DNA of 64,000 nt from an uncultured delta proteobacterium (GTDB lineage Bacteria > Desulfobacterota > Binatia > DP-6). The DNA lies in contig CAWFFN010000007.1 in NCBI GenBank assembly GCA_963815115.1, positions 128,001-192,000 on the forward strand, written 5' to 3'. Made by a program: the position numbers and the translations under genes. The notes beneath the pieces were generated by a model. The model made no database searches. It worked only from the letters and a program-made list of their open reading frames with translations, and was not told where the DNA came from. Numbering within the stretch: the first letter of the stretch is position 1; every line of letters begins with the position of its first letter. Below are positions 44,451 through 55,300 of this stretch, one piece after another.

Positions 44451-45928
44451 AGAGTTCCTCCGCTTCGAGACTTGCGTATCTGTACCCAGATTGGTGCGGC
44501 AACCACAAGGCCGAGGGTACACCAGGCCGTGAGGTCACCCCAGCGTTGGTAGGGGGTTGTGGCATGCGACGGGGAGACCTCCCCCTCGAGGAGGGCCGGG
44601 GTCCCGACGCCGGTGGCCGCCACCACCCGGCCGGCCGGGTCGACGATGGCCGAGATGCCGGTGGTGGTGGCTCGGAGCAGCCAGCGGCGCTCCTCGACGG
44701 CGCGCAGCCGTGCCATGTCGAGGTGTGCCTGTGCCGGGGCGTGTGCCCCGAACCAGGCATCGTTCGAGAGGTTCGCGAGCAGCGTCGCGCCGCCAACGAC
44801 GATGCGCCGGACAAGCTCCGGATACATCGCCTCGAAACAGATGAAGGGACCGACGAGGCCCACCTCCGTGCGCAGCGCATAGGGGTGGAGGCCGGGCTCG
44901 AACGTCCCCTCGGCGAACGGGACCAGGTGCATCTTGTCGTACCGTCCGGCCACCGTGCCGCGGTGGAGGAGGTAGACGGAGTTCCGGTAGCGGATCCCGC
45001 GCTCGCCGTGACGATACGAGGGTGCCCCGACGACGACGTCGGCGTCGAGATCGCGGAGCGCCGAGAGGAGCGCGTCCCGCGCAGGCGAGGGTTCTTCGAG
45101 ATAGAAGTCGACGGCGTTCTCCGGCCACACCACCAGCCGGCTACCCCGTGCCACCGCGCGCCGCGTGGCGTCGAGCTGGAACGCCACGGCGCGCGCACGG
45201 CCTGTCTCGGTACGGCGCTCGGCCGCCGGCACCGCCGGCTGCACGAGGGCGACGCGGACGGCCTTGCCCTCGTCGCGCCGCTCCCCGAGGCGGTAGGCGC
45301 CGTAGCCGAGCGCCGCCGCTGCGAGCAGCACGACGGCAGCTGCCGACCAGCGGAAGTGCGGGCCGCGCAGCGCGGGTGCCACGAGCGCGGCAAGGAGGGC
45401 GTTCACGCCCGCCAGGACCATCCCCGGGCCGTAGGGTCCGGTGGCGTCGGCGAGCTGCACCACTGGCAGCCAGGACAGCTGCGAGTAGGCGATGAGCCCC
45501 CACGGATTGCCGACCCAGACCCGGGCGCGCACGAACTCGCAAGCACCCCATGCCGCGGCGACGAGAAGCGGCGACGCGGCCCCGCGCCGGGCCATCCAGC
45601 TCGTCCAGACTGCGAACGGCACCAGCTGGAGACCGACGGAAGCGGTGCAGAAGACGAGCCAGGCGAGCACGCCGGCGAGCGCCGCGGTGCCGAAGTAGGC
45701 GCTCACCATGGACGGGAACCACCAGGTGACGCCCAGCGCCCCGGCCGGTGCCAGGAGGAGCGCGAGTCCCGCAGCACGGCGCGGAGGGACGCGTGCGAGC
45801 GCCACCATGAAGGGTGCGAGTGCCGCCCAGGCGAGCGGCGTGGCGCCGACGGGTGGAAACGACAGCCCGAAGAGGACGGCCGTCGCGAGCGTCAGGAGAA
45901 CCGGCGTCACGTCGCGCCGCGGCGACAC
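44447..45928 (-). CDS. lnt: Apolipoprotein N-acyltransferase
   Basis: N-terminal TM helices, GNPWG, triad motifs WPEN, YDKMHLVPFAE, ICFE; NDAWF; RAVE. Start codon approximate. Confidence 0.9.
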   Translation of the reverse strand: MSPRRDVTPVLLTLATAVLFGLSFPPVGATPLAWAALAPFMVALARVPPRRAAGLALLLAPAGALGVTWWFPSMVSAYFGTAALAGVLAWLVFCTASVGLQLVPFAVWTSWMARRGAASPLLVAAAWGACEFVRARVWVGNPWGLIAYSQLSWLPVVQLADATGPYGPGMVLAGVNALLAALVAPALRGPHFRWSAAAVVLLAAAALGYGAYRLGERRDEGKAVRVALVQPAVPAAERRTETGRARAVAFQLDATRRAVARGSRLVVWPENAVDFYLEEPSPARDALLSALRDLDADVVVGAPSYRHGERGIRYRNSVYLLHRGTVAGRYDKMHLVPFAEGTFEPGLHPYALRTEVGLVGPFICFEAMYPELVRRIVVGGATLLANLSNDAWFGAHAPAQAHLDMARLRAVEERRWLLRATTTGISAIVDPAGRVVAATGVGTPALLEGEVSPSHATTPYQRWGDLTAWCTLGLVVAAPIWVQIRKSRSGGTL

Positions 45929-46253
45929 ATAGCCTACTGACGGGAGCCCTGCCACTGGAGCGCGAAGCCGTGTCCCGGTGCCGGAAGGCTGATCTCGTGG
46001 GTCGAATCTGTTCGTCGTGCTGCGTTCACGGTCGTCGTCCTCTTCTGTTCGCCATTCTCGGGTGTGGAGCGGGCACGCTGTTTCAATCACATGGTGCTAC
46101 CTTTCGAGTGGCGGCCTGCTACCTCGGTTTCCGACCGGACGGCCGTCGTGTCGTGGCCGGCCGCAAGCGCGCGAATCTTCAGAGGATCGCGATCGTTCTC
46201 CGCAGTGGATGATTGGCAACGCCGGCAGGTTCGGGCTATGAGCCGACCGTCTC

Positions 46254-47045
46254 ATGGCAGATGCGGCGGCCGATCTCATCGCAGTCCAGCGCACCGGCGG
46301 CGTCGCAACGCTGCGGCTCCAGCGGCCGAAGGCGCTCAACGCTCTCGGCCCGGAGATGCTGGCCGCGCTGGATCGAGCGCTCGACGAGGTCGAGTCGGAC
46401 GAGGGAGTTCGCAGCGTGGTGATCACCGGCTCGGGAGAGCGCGCCTTCTCGGCCGGGGCCGACATCACGGCCATGGCCGCGATGGCCCCGGTCGAGGGCC
46501 ATGCCTACTCGCGGCTCGGCCACGCGGTGCTGGGCCGCCTGGACGACCTGCGCGTCCCGGCGGTGGCCGCGGTCAACGGGGTGGCGCTCGGCGGCGGGCT
46601 CGAGCTCGCGCTGGCGTGCGACCTCATCGTTGCCGCGGAGCGCGCCAGGCTGGGCCTGCCGGAGATCACCCTCGGGCTCATCCCGGGATTCGGCGGCACG
46701 CAAAGGCTGGTCCGCCGCTGCGGGTTGGCGCGGGGTCGCGAGCTGGTGTACCTCGGGACGATGGTAGGTGCCGCGGAGGGTCTGCGCCTCGGGCTCGTCG
46801 ACCGCGTGGTGCCCGACGATCGCCTGGCGGACGAGGCCGCGGCGCTCGCGGCCGAGCTGGCGACGCGGGCGCCGGTCGCGCTCCGGCAGGCCAAGCGCGC
46901 GACGCGCGCGGCGGTGGAGACCGACCTGGCGGCGGGCCTGCGTTTCGAGGTCGAGGCCTTCGCGACCGTGTTCGCCACCGAGGATCGCGCCGAGGGACTG
47001 CGCGCCTTCCTCGACAAGCGGCCACCCCGGTGGACGGGCCGCTAG
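46254..47045 (+). CDS. Enoyl-CoA hydratase/crotonase
   Basis: AFSAGADI, ALGGGLE, LPEITLGLIPGFGGTQRL. Confidence 0.93.
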   Translation: MADAAADLIAVQRTGGVATLRLQRPKALNALGPEMLAALDRALDEVESDEGVRSVVITGSGERAFSAGADITAMAAMAPVEGHAYSRLGHAVLGRLDDLRVPAVAAVNGVALGGGLELALACDLIVAAERARLGLPEITLGLIPGFGGTQRLVRRCGLARGRELVYLGTMVGAAEGLRLGLVDRVVPDDRLADEAAALAAELATRAPVALRQAKRATRAAVETDLAAGLRFEVEAFATVFATEDRAEGLRAFLDKRPPRWTGR

Positions 47046-47060
47046 GTCGGGGGACGTGAC

Positions 47061-48692
<1,632 letters not shown>

Positions 48693-48699
48693 GACCGCC

Positions 48700-49098
48700 G
48701 TGCGCCCGCTGCGGATCCTCGTCGCCAAGCCCGGCCTCGACGGCCACGATCGCGGCGCGAAGATCATCGCCCGCGCGCTGCGCGACGCCGGCTTCGAGGT
48801 GATCTACACCGGCTTGCACCAGACGCCGGAGATGATCGCGGAGGCGGCGATCCAGGAAGACGTCGACGCCGTCGGCCTGTCGATCCTGTCCGGCGCCCAC
48901 CTGACGCTCTTCCCGGCAGTGCTCGACGAGCTGCGCGGGCGCGGCGGCGGCGACATCCCGGTGTTCGGCGGCGGCATCATCCCCGACGAGGACCGGCAGG
49001 CCCTGCGGGCGGCAGGCGTGGCGGAGCTGTTCGGGCCTGGCACCTCGACGCAGGACATCGTCGACTGGGTGCACGGGGCGCTGCACCCGCGCGCCTGA
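48700..49098 (+). CDS. icmB: Cobalamin-binding small subunit of the acyl-CoA mutase
   Basis: [22 protein letters not shown]. Confidence 0.8.
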   Translation: MRPLRILVAKPGLDGHDRGAKIIARALRDAGFEVIYTGLHQTPEMIAEAAIQEDVDAVGLSILSGAHLTLFPAVLDELRGRGGGDIPVFGGGIIPDEDRQALRAAGVAELFGPGTSTQDIVDWVHGALHPRA

Positions 49099-49103
49099 GC
49101 CCA

Positions 49104-49763
49104 TCAGCGCGCGCGCCGCACGCCGCGCCGCGCGCACGACCGGCGCACCGGACAGCGGGAGCAGTGCGGCGACGTCGGACGGCAGAGGTTCTGACCGAAC
49201 GACACCAGCAGGTCGTTGAGGCCGATCCAGTATCGCTGCGGCAGGCGGCGGCGGAGCGCGTGCTCGGTCTCCTCGGGCGTCCGGGTGCGCACGAAGCCGA
49301 GGCGGTTGGTGATGCGGTGGACGTGCGTGTCGACGCAGATGCCGGGGAGCCCGAAGGCGAAGGTCACCACCAGGTTTGCGGTCTTGCGGCCGACGCCGTG
49401 CAGGGTGAGCAGGTCGTCGAGGTCCGACGGGACCCGCCCGCCGAAGCGCGCGAGCAGGTCGCGGCAGACCCGATGCAGCACGCGGGCCTTGGTGCGGTAG
49501 AAGCCGACCGGGTAGATCGCGCGCTCGATCGTCCGGAGCGGCAGGGCGAGCAGGCGCTCCGGGGTGTCGGCCAGCGCGAATAGCCGGGCGGACGCGGGTC
49601 CCGTGGTCTCGTCCTTGGTCCGCAGCGAGAGCAGGCAGCCGACGAGGACGCGGAAGGGATCGCGTCCGCTCTCGCGCGCCACCGCCGCCAGGGCCGTGGT
49701 GTCCCACGACGGCGCGGCGCGCCCGAGACGGGCGACGACGCGGCCCATGGTCCGCGCATCCAT
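49104..49763 (-). CDS. nth: Endonuclease III
   Basis: HhH LHGVGRKTA, VDTHVHR, C-terminal CRPTSPHCSRCPVRRSC Fe-S motif. Confidence 0.93.
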   Translation of the reverse strand: MDARTMGRVVARLGRAAPSWDTTALAAVARESGRDPFRVLVGCLLSLRTKDETTGPASARLFALADTPERLLALPLRTIERAIYPVGFYRTKARVLHRVCRDLLARFGGRVPSDLDDLLTLHGVGRKTANLVVTFAFGLPGICVDTHVHRITNRLGFVRTRTPEETEHALRRRLPQRYWIGLNDLLVSFGQNLCRPTSPHCSRCPVRRSCARRGVRRAR

Positions 49764-49780
49764 CAGGCGAGCCACGCGCG

Positions 49781-50846
49781 TCAGGAGGCGGCCGGTAAGG
49801 CGGGGGCCGGCTGCGCGGGCGGTCGGTGGATCCCCTGCCAGAAGTCCTCGTCGGTCGACGTGGCCTCGCTCAGCGTGAGCGGCGGCCGCCCGAGGAACGG
49901 CTCGACCCGCACGGGACAGCCCTCGACGTCGCAGATGGCGCACAGCGCGCGCCGGCAAGGATCGGTGTGGACGATGATCTCGCCCTCGACGGTGCACGCC
50001 GCCAGGACCTGGTCGGCGAACGCATCGGTGGCCTCGTGGGCCTGCTCCACCGTCCAGTACTCGGGGACGATGAGGTGCGCGTCGACGTGGGTGAAGCGGC
50101 CGGCGCGCTGGGCGCGCAGGCGGTGCAGCCGGATGATCCCCGGATGCAGGCTCCGATCGAACGCCCGTACGAGCCGATCGAGGAGGGCGCTGTCCTCCTC
50201 GTCGAGCAGACCGCCGGCCGCCTGACGGACCAGGCGTGCGCCGGTGACGGCGAGGTTCACCCCCACGGCGGCGGCGGCGAGCGGGTCGAGCCACGCGATG
50301 CCCGTGAGGCGGACGAGGAGCAGGCCGACGAAGACGCCGAGGCTGGTCCAGAAGTCCGACAGCACGTGCTTGCCGTCGGCCATCAGCGTGATCGAGCGCA
50401 CCCGCTCGCCGGTCCGCACGAGGTACCAGCCGAGCGCGGCGTTCACGACGCCGGCCGCGACCGTGAGCGCGATGCCGAGATCGACGTCGCGCACGACGTG
50501 TCCCGCCCGCAGGCTCTGGAATGCCTGCCAGAGGATCAGCACCGCCGCGAAGGCGATCAGGCCGCCCTCGAAGACCGCGCTGAAGTACTCGATCTTGCCG
50601 TGCCCGTAGGGATGTCCGCGATCGGCGGGGCGCCCTGCGAACACGATGACGCCGAGCGCGAACATGGCGGCGACCACGTTGGTGATCGACTCGAGCGCGT
50701 CGGACAGCACGGCCGACGAGCCGGTCAGGCGGTAGGCGAAGTACTTGACGGCGAGCAGCGCGATGGCGACGACGAGAGAGGAGGCCGGCGCGTAGCCGGA
50801 TCGACTCGTCGGACGGCGCGCGCACAGCGGTGGGCTCCGCCTGCAC
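49781..50846 (-). CDS. Cation diffusion facilitator transporter (N-terminal frameshift near 50778)
   Basis: SDALES, HPYGHGKIEY, ADGKHVLSD; Cys-rich tail. Confidence 0.88.
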
Positions 50847-50927
50847 GGGATCCCGAGTAGCAGACGTCCGCCGCCCGGCCAAGTGCGATCGTTGACCCAC
50901 CCGGAAGCGCGTGGGATGTGCGCGGGC

Positions 50928-51347
50928 ATGGAGATCAACGGCCTGGCGCACGTCGTCGTCACGGTGAGCGACTTCGCGGCGGCGCGCGCCTTCTACGGTG
51001 AGCTGCTGCCGTTCCTCGGGTTGCAGCCCGTGCTCGACATCGACGAGTTCTTCTACTGCGTCGGCGGCCGGACCGCGTTCGGCATCGCGCCGGCCGAGGC
51101 GGCATACGCCGGCGAGCGCTTCCAGCAGCGACGCGTGGGCCTGCACCACGTCTGCTTCCGGGCGCGGGAGCGGGCCGACGTCGACGCCGTGCACGCGCTG
51201 GCGTGCCGGCTCGGGGCCACCATCGTCCATCCGCCCGAGGAGGGGGCGTGGGCTCCCGGCTACTACTCCGTCCTCTTCGAGGATCCCGACGGCATCCGGC
51301 TCGAGGTGAACCACGTGCCGGGCAAAGGACTGCTCGCGCCGAGCTGA
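50928..51347 (+). CDS. VOC/glyoxalase family protein
   Basis: LAHVVVTVSD, GLHHVCFRA, FEDPDGIRLE. Confidence 0.9.
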   Translation: MEINGLAHVVVTVSDFAAARAFYGELLPFLGLQPVLDIDEFFYCVGGRTAFGIAPAEAAYAGERFQQRRVGLHHVCFRARERADVDAVHALACRLGATIVHPPEEGAWAPGYYSVLFEDPDGIRLEVNHVPGKGLLAPS

Positions 51348-51388
51348 GCGGTGGAAGCCGTCGCCGTCCTGCGCTACAGAGCGCGGAC

Positions 51389-52570
51389 GTGGAGCGGCGG
51401 TCGGCGATCATCGTCGGGTCGGGGCCGGCGGGAGCCGCGACGGCGCTGCGGCTCGCCGGGCGCGAGCCCGCACTGGCCGCGGACGCGGTGCTCCTCGAGA
51501 AGACGCGCCATCCGCGCGACAAGACCTGTGCGGGCGGCGTGATCCCCAAGGCGAGCGCGCTGCTCCGGACGCTCGGCGTGCCGCTCGACGTGCCGCAGGC
51601 GCGGGTCGACAGCGCGGCGGTTGCGGTCCCAGGCGCGGCCCCGCTGTCCATCGCCGGCGACGACATGTGCCGGGTGGTCCGCCGGCGCGAGTTCGACGCC
51701 CGTCTCGCGTGGGCGGCCCGCGATCGGGGGGTCGAGCTGCGCGAGGACTGCCGGGTGACCGCCATCGTGCGGGACGGCGCCGGCGTGCGGGTGGAGACGG
51801 AGGCCGGCGCCCTGTGGGCGCCGGTGGTGGTGGGAGCCGACGGCAGCGGCAGCCTCGTGCGCCGGTCGCTGGTGACGGCCGGGGCCGGGGTGCTCGGAAG
51901 AGCGGTCATGTGCGACGTGCCGGTCGCCGGGAGCGCCTGGGACGGACACGCCGCACGGCGCTACGACTTCGACTTCCGCGCCTGCCTGGGCGGCCTGCGC
52001 GGCTACGCGTGGGCGTTCCCGTGCTGGATCGACGGCGTCCCGCACGTCAACGTGGGCGTGTACGCGCTGCCGCCGACATCGGGTGCGGCGCTCCAGGCCG
52101 AGCTGGACGCGGCCCTGCGGCAGGTCGGGGCGCGTCCGGTCACGTGGCGGGCGTTTCCCATCCGGGGCTTCACGCCGGGCGCGCCGGTCGCGGCGCCTGG
52201 CGCGCTCCTGGTCGGGGACGCGGCGGGCGTCGATCCCCTCCTCGGCGAGGGCATCTCGTACGCGCTCGAGTACGGGATGCTCGCCGCGGACGCGATCGTG
52301 GCGTCACCCGGCGACCCCGCCGCCGCGGCGGCCGCCTACACGCGCGTCGTCCAGGGCGGCGCACTGGGACGGAAGCTCCGCCGGCTCGAGTGGGCGGCCC
52401 GGCGGTTCTACGGGCCTCGGTCCGCGTTCTGGTTCGGGCTCGCACGGCTGAGCCGGCGGGCGCAACGGATCGGGCTCGCCTGGTACAACGGCGTCGACGG
52501 CTGGGACGAGCGCAGCGGGCTGGCGGCGCTGTGGGCGCTCGTACGACCACGGGCATGGCAGAGCGCCTGA
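51389..52570 (+). CDS. FAD-dependent oxidoreductase, geranylgeranyl reductase family
   Basis: VGSGPAG, RDKTCAGG, VGADG, VGDAAG..P..GEGI. Confidence 0.85.
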   Translation: MERRSAIIVGSGPAGAATALRLAGREPALAADAVLLEKTRHPRDKTCAGGVIPKASALLRTLGVPLDVPQARVDSAAVAVPGAAPLSIAGDDMCRVVRRREFDARLAWAARDRGVELREDCRVTAIVRDGAGVRVETEAGALWAPVVVGADGSGSLVRRSLVTAGAGVLGRAVMCDVPVAGSAWDGHAARRYDFDFRACLGGLRGYAWAFPCWIDGVPHVNVGVYALPPTSGAALQAELDAALRQVGARPVTWRAFPIRGFTPGAPVAAPGALLVGDAAGVDPLLGEGISYALEYGMLAADAIVASPGDPAAAAAAYTRVVQGGALGRKLRRLEWAARRFYGPRSAFWFGLARLSRRAQRIGLAWYNGVDGWDERSGLAALWALVRPRAWQSA

Positions 52571-53250
52571 AAGTCGGCCCCCGGCGCACGGTGGCGACCG
52601 CGGGGCCGCATCTCGAGCGGCTCCTCTGGCGCGTCGGCATCCGGCACGTCGCCGGAGTCGACGAGGTCGGCATGGGACCGCTCGCCGGCCCGGTGGTCGC
52701 GGCCGCCGTCGTGTTGCCCGGAGAGACGCACATCCCCGGGGTGGCCGATTCGAAGGTGCTGCCCGCCGCCGTGCGCGAGAAGCTGTGCGCCGAGGTGCGT
52801 CGGCGCGCCCTCGCGGTCGGCGTCGCCGTGGTCGAGCCGGCCGACATCGATCGCCTGAACATCTATCAGGCCGGACTGCTCGCGCTCCGGCTCGCCGTCG
52901 AGCAGCTTCGTCCCCTGGTCCCAGGCTTCGTCCTGGTCGACGGACGCGAGATTCCAGAGCTCGGTATCCCGCAGAGCGCCTATCCCAAGGGTGACGCGTT
53001 CGTGGCCAGCATCGCCGCCGCCTCGATCGTCGCCAAGACCCATCGCGACGCGCTCATGCGCATCCTCGACGAGAGCTATCCCGCGTACGGCTTCGGGCGC
53101 CACATGGGCTACGCGACGCGCGCACATCTGGCGGCGCTGCGGGCGCACGGTCCGTCACCCGTCCACCGACGGTCGTTTGCGCCGGTGCTCGCAGCGATGC
53201 CCGCCGAGCCGACGCGGCAGCTCGGCCTGCTCGACGTCGCCGGCCGCTGA
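52555..53250 (+). CDS. rnhB: Ribonuclease HII
   Basis: AGVDEVG.GPLAGPV, DSK, VDG, IAAASIVAK, HRRSF. Confidence 0.95.
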   Translation: MAERLKVGPRRTVATAGPHLERLLWRVGIRHVAGVDEVGMGPLAGPVVAAAVVLPGETHIPGVADSKVLPAAVREKLCAEVRRRALAVGVAVVEPADIDRLNIYQAGLLALRLAVEQLRPLVPGFVLVDGREIPELGIPQSAYPKGDAFVASIAAASIVAKTHRDALMRILDESYPAYGFGRHMGYATRAHLAALRAHGPSPVHRRSFAPVLAAMPAEPTRQLGLLDVAGR

Positions 53251-53316
53251 TCGCGCGGCACGGCGCAGCGCGCGGCTTTTCCCGGGCGGAGATTCCCCTA
53301 TAATTCGGTGGTCATC

Positions 53317-54270
53317 ATGGATTCCGCGTTGCTGGTCGAGCTCTACCGGCAGATGGCGCTCTGCCGGCGCTTCGAGGAGGCGGCCGCACGCGCCTACTCG
53401 CAGGGTAAGATCAGCGGCTTCCTGCACCTCGGTGTGGGGCAGGAGGCGGTCTCCGTGGGGGCCGTTTCCGGCGCGGCGCCCACCGACTACATCGTCGCCA
53501 CCTACCGCGAGCACGCCCACTACCTGGCCCGTACCGGTGACGCGCGCGGCGCGATGGCCGAGCTCTACGGACGCGCCGGCGGGTGCGTCGGGGGCCGCGG
53601 CGGCTCGATGCACCTTTTCGATGCCGGCGCGCGCTTCCTCGGTGGCTGGGCCATCGTCGGCGGCCACGTGCCGATCGCCGCCGGGGTGGCCTTCGCGTCC
53701 AAGTACCGCGCCGAGAAGGACGTCACGCTGTGCTTCTTCGGCGACGGCACGGCCAACATGGGCGCCTTCCACGAGGGGCTCGCCCTGGCGTCGCAGTGGA
53801 AGCTGCCCATCGTGTTCATCTGCGAGAACAACCAGTACGCCATGGGGACGCCGCTCTACCGCACGCTGGCCGTCGAGGACGTCGCCGTCCGCGCCCGCGG
53901 CTATCCCATCGAGGAGGAGATCGTGAACGGGGACGACGTTCTCGAGATGCGGGAGGGGGTCCGCCAGGCCGTCGAGCGCGCGCGTGCGAAGAGCCTGCCG
54001 TTCTTCCTCGAGGCGAAGACCTACCGCTTCCGCGGACACTCCATGGCCGACCCCGCCAAGTACCGCTCCAAGGACGAGGTGCAGAAGTGGATGGAGCGTG
54101 ATCCGATCAACGTCCTCGGCCATCGCATGCAGACGCTCGGCATCGCCACCCAGGAGCGCCTGAAGCAGCTCGACGACGAGGCCAAGGCCGCGGTGCAGGA
54201 CGCCGTGGCCTTCGCCGAAGCGTCGCCGCCGCCCGCGCCGGAGACGGTCCTCGAGCACGTCTATGTCTGA
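53317..54270 (+). CDS. pdhA: Pyruvate dehydrogenase E1 alpha
   Basis: GRGGSMH, GDG...ENN TPP motif, YRFRGHSMADP. Confidence 0.92.
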   Translation: MDSALLVELYRQMALCRRFEEAAARAYSQGKISGFLHLGVGQEAVSVGAVSGAAPTDYIVATYREHAHYLARTGDARGAMAELYGRAGGCVGGRGGSMHLFDAGARFLGGWAIVGGHVPIAAGVAFASKYRAEKDVTLCFFGDGTANMGAFHEGLALASQWKLPIVFICENNQYAMGTPLYRTLAVEDVAVRARGYPIEEEIVNGDDVLEMREGVRQAVERARAKSLPFFLEAKTYRFRGHSMADPAKYRSKDEVQKWMERDPINVLGHRMQTLGIATQERLKQLDDEAKAAVQDAVAFAEASPPPAPETVLEHVYV

Positions 54271-55291
54271 GCCTTCCCGCGTCATCACCTTCCGCGAAGC
54301 GCTCCGGGAGGCCATGAGCGAGGAGATGGAGCGCGACGACGCCATCTTCCTGATGGGGGAGGAGGTCGGCCATTACAACGGCGCCTACAAGGTGTCCCAG
54401 GGCATGCTCGAGCGCTTTGGCGAGCGCCGGGTGATCGACACGCCGATCGCGGAGACCGGCTTTGCCGGTGTGGGTATCGGCGCCGCCATGATCGGCCTGC
54501 GACCGATCATCGAGTTCATGACCTGGAACTTCTCCCTGACCGCCTACGACCAGATCGTGAACAACGCCGCCAAGCTGCGCTACATGTCGAACGGCCAGTT
54601 CACCCTGCCGATCGTCTTTCGCGGTCCGGGTGGGGCGGCGCACGCGCTCGGCGCGCAGCACTCGCAGGCGCTGGAATCGCTCTATGCGCACGTTCCCGGC
54701 CTGAAGGTGGTGGTCCCGTCGACGCCGGCGGACGGCAAGGGGCTGCTGAAGGCCTCCATCCGCGACGACAATCCGGTGTGCTTCGTCGAGAGCGAGACGA
54801 TGTATGCGCTGAAGGGCGAGGTGCCCGAGGGCGAGCATGTCGTGCCGCTCGGGGTCGCGGACGTGAAGCGGCCCGGCCGCGACCTCAGCCTGATCACCTG
54901 GGGCAAGATGGTGCATGCTTCGCTCAAGGCCTCGTCGGCACTGGCCGAGGAAGGAATCGAGGTGGAGGTGCTCGATCTGCGTACGGTCCGTCCGCTCGAC
55001 GTCGATGCGGTGGTCGAGTCGGTGCGCCGCACCAAGCACTGCGTGGTCGTTCAGGAGGGATGGCCGTTCGCGGGAGTGGCCGCCGAGGTGATCGCGCTGG
55101 TGGTGCACGAGGCGTTCGACTGGCTGGATGCGCCGCCCGAGCGGGTGACGAACCTCGACGTGCCCATGCCGTACGCGCGCAACCTCGAGGACGACGTGCT
55201 GCCGTCGGCAGAGCGCATCGCGGCGACCGTGCGGCGCATGCTGGGACGGGACGCCGAGCCGGCGCTGCCGGCCGCGGCCGTCGCGCACTGA
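54263..55291 (+). CDS. pdhB: Pyruvate dehydrogenase E1 beta
   Basis: GEEV, DTPIAE, EFMTWNF, AQHSQ. Confidence 0.93.
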   Translation: MSEPSRVITFREALREAMSEEMERDDAIFLMGEEVGHYNGAYKVSQGMLERFGERRVIDTPIAETGFAGVGIGAAMIGLRPIIEFMTWNFSLTAYDQIVNNAAKLRYMSNGQFTLPIVFRGPGGAAHALGAQHSQALESLYAHVPGLKVVVPSTPADGKGLLKASIRDDNPVCFVESETMYALKGEVPEGEHVVPLGVADVKRPGRDLSLITWGKMVHASLKASSALAEEGIEVEVLDLRTVRPLDVDAVVESVRRTKHCVVVQEGWPFAGVAAEVIALVVHEAFDWLDAPPERVTNLDVPMPYARNLEDDVLPSAERIAATVRRMLGRDAEPALPAAAVAH

Positions 55292-55300
55292 GGCGTGGCG

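Noticed and set aside
53299-53304. Perfect TATAAT just upstream of pdhA
   Set aside because: No convincing -35 at a proper spacing; it may be a promoter for a short-leader mRNA, but that cannot be supported from sequence alone.
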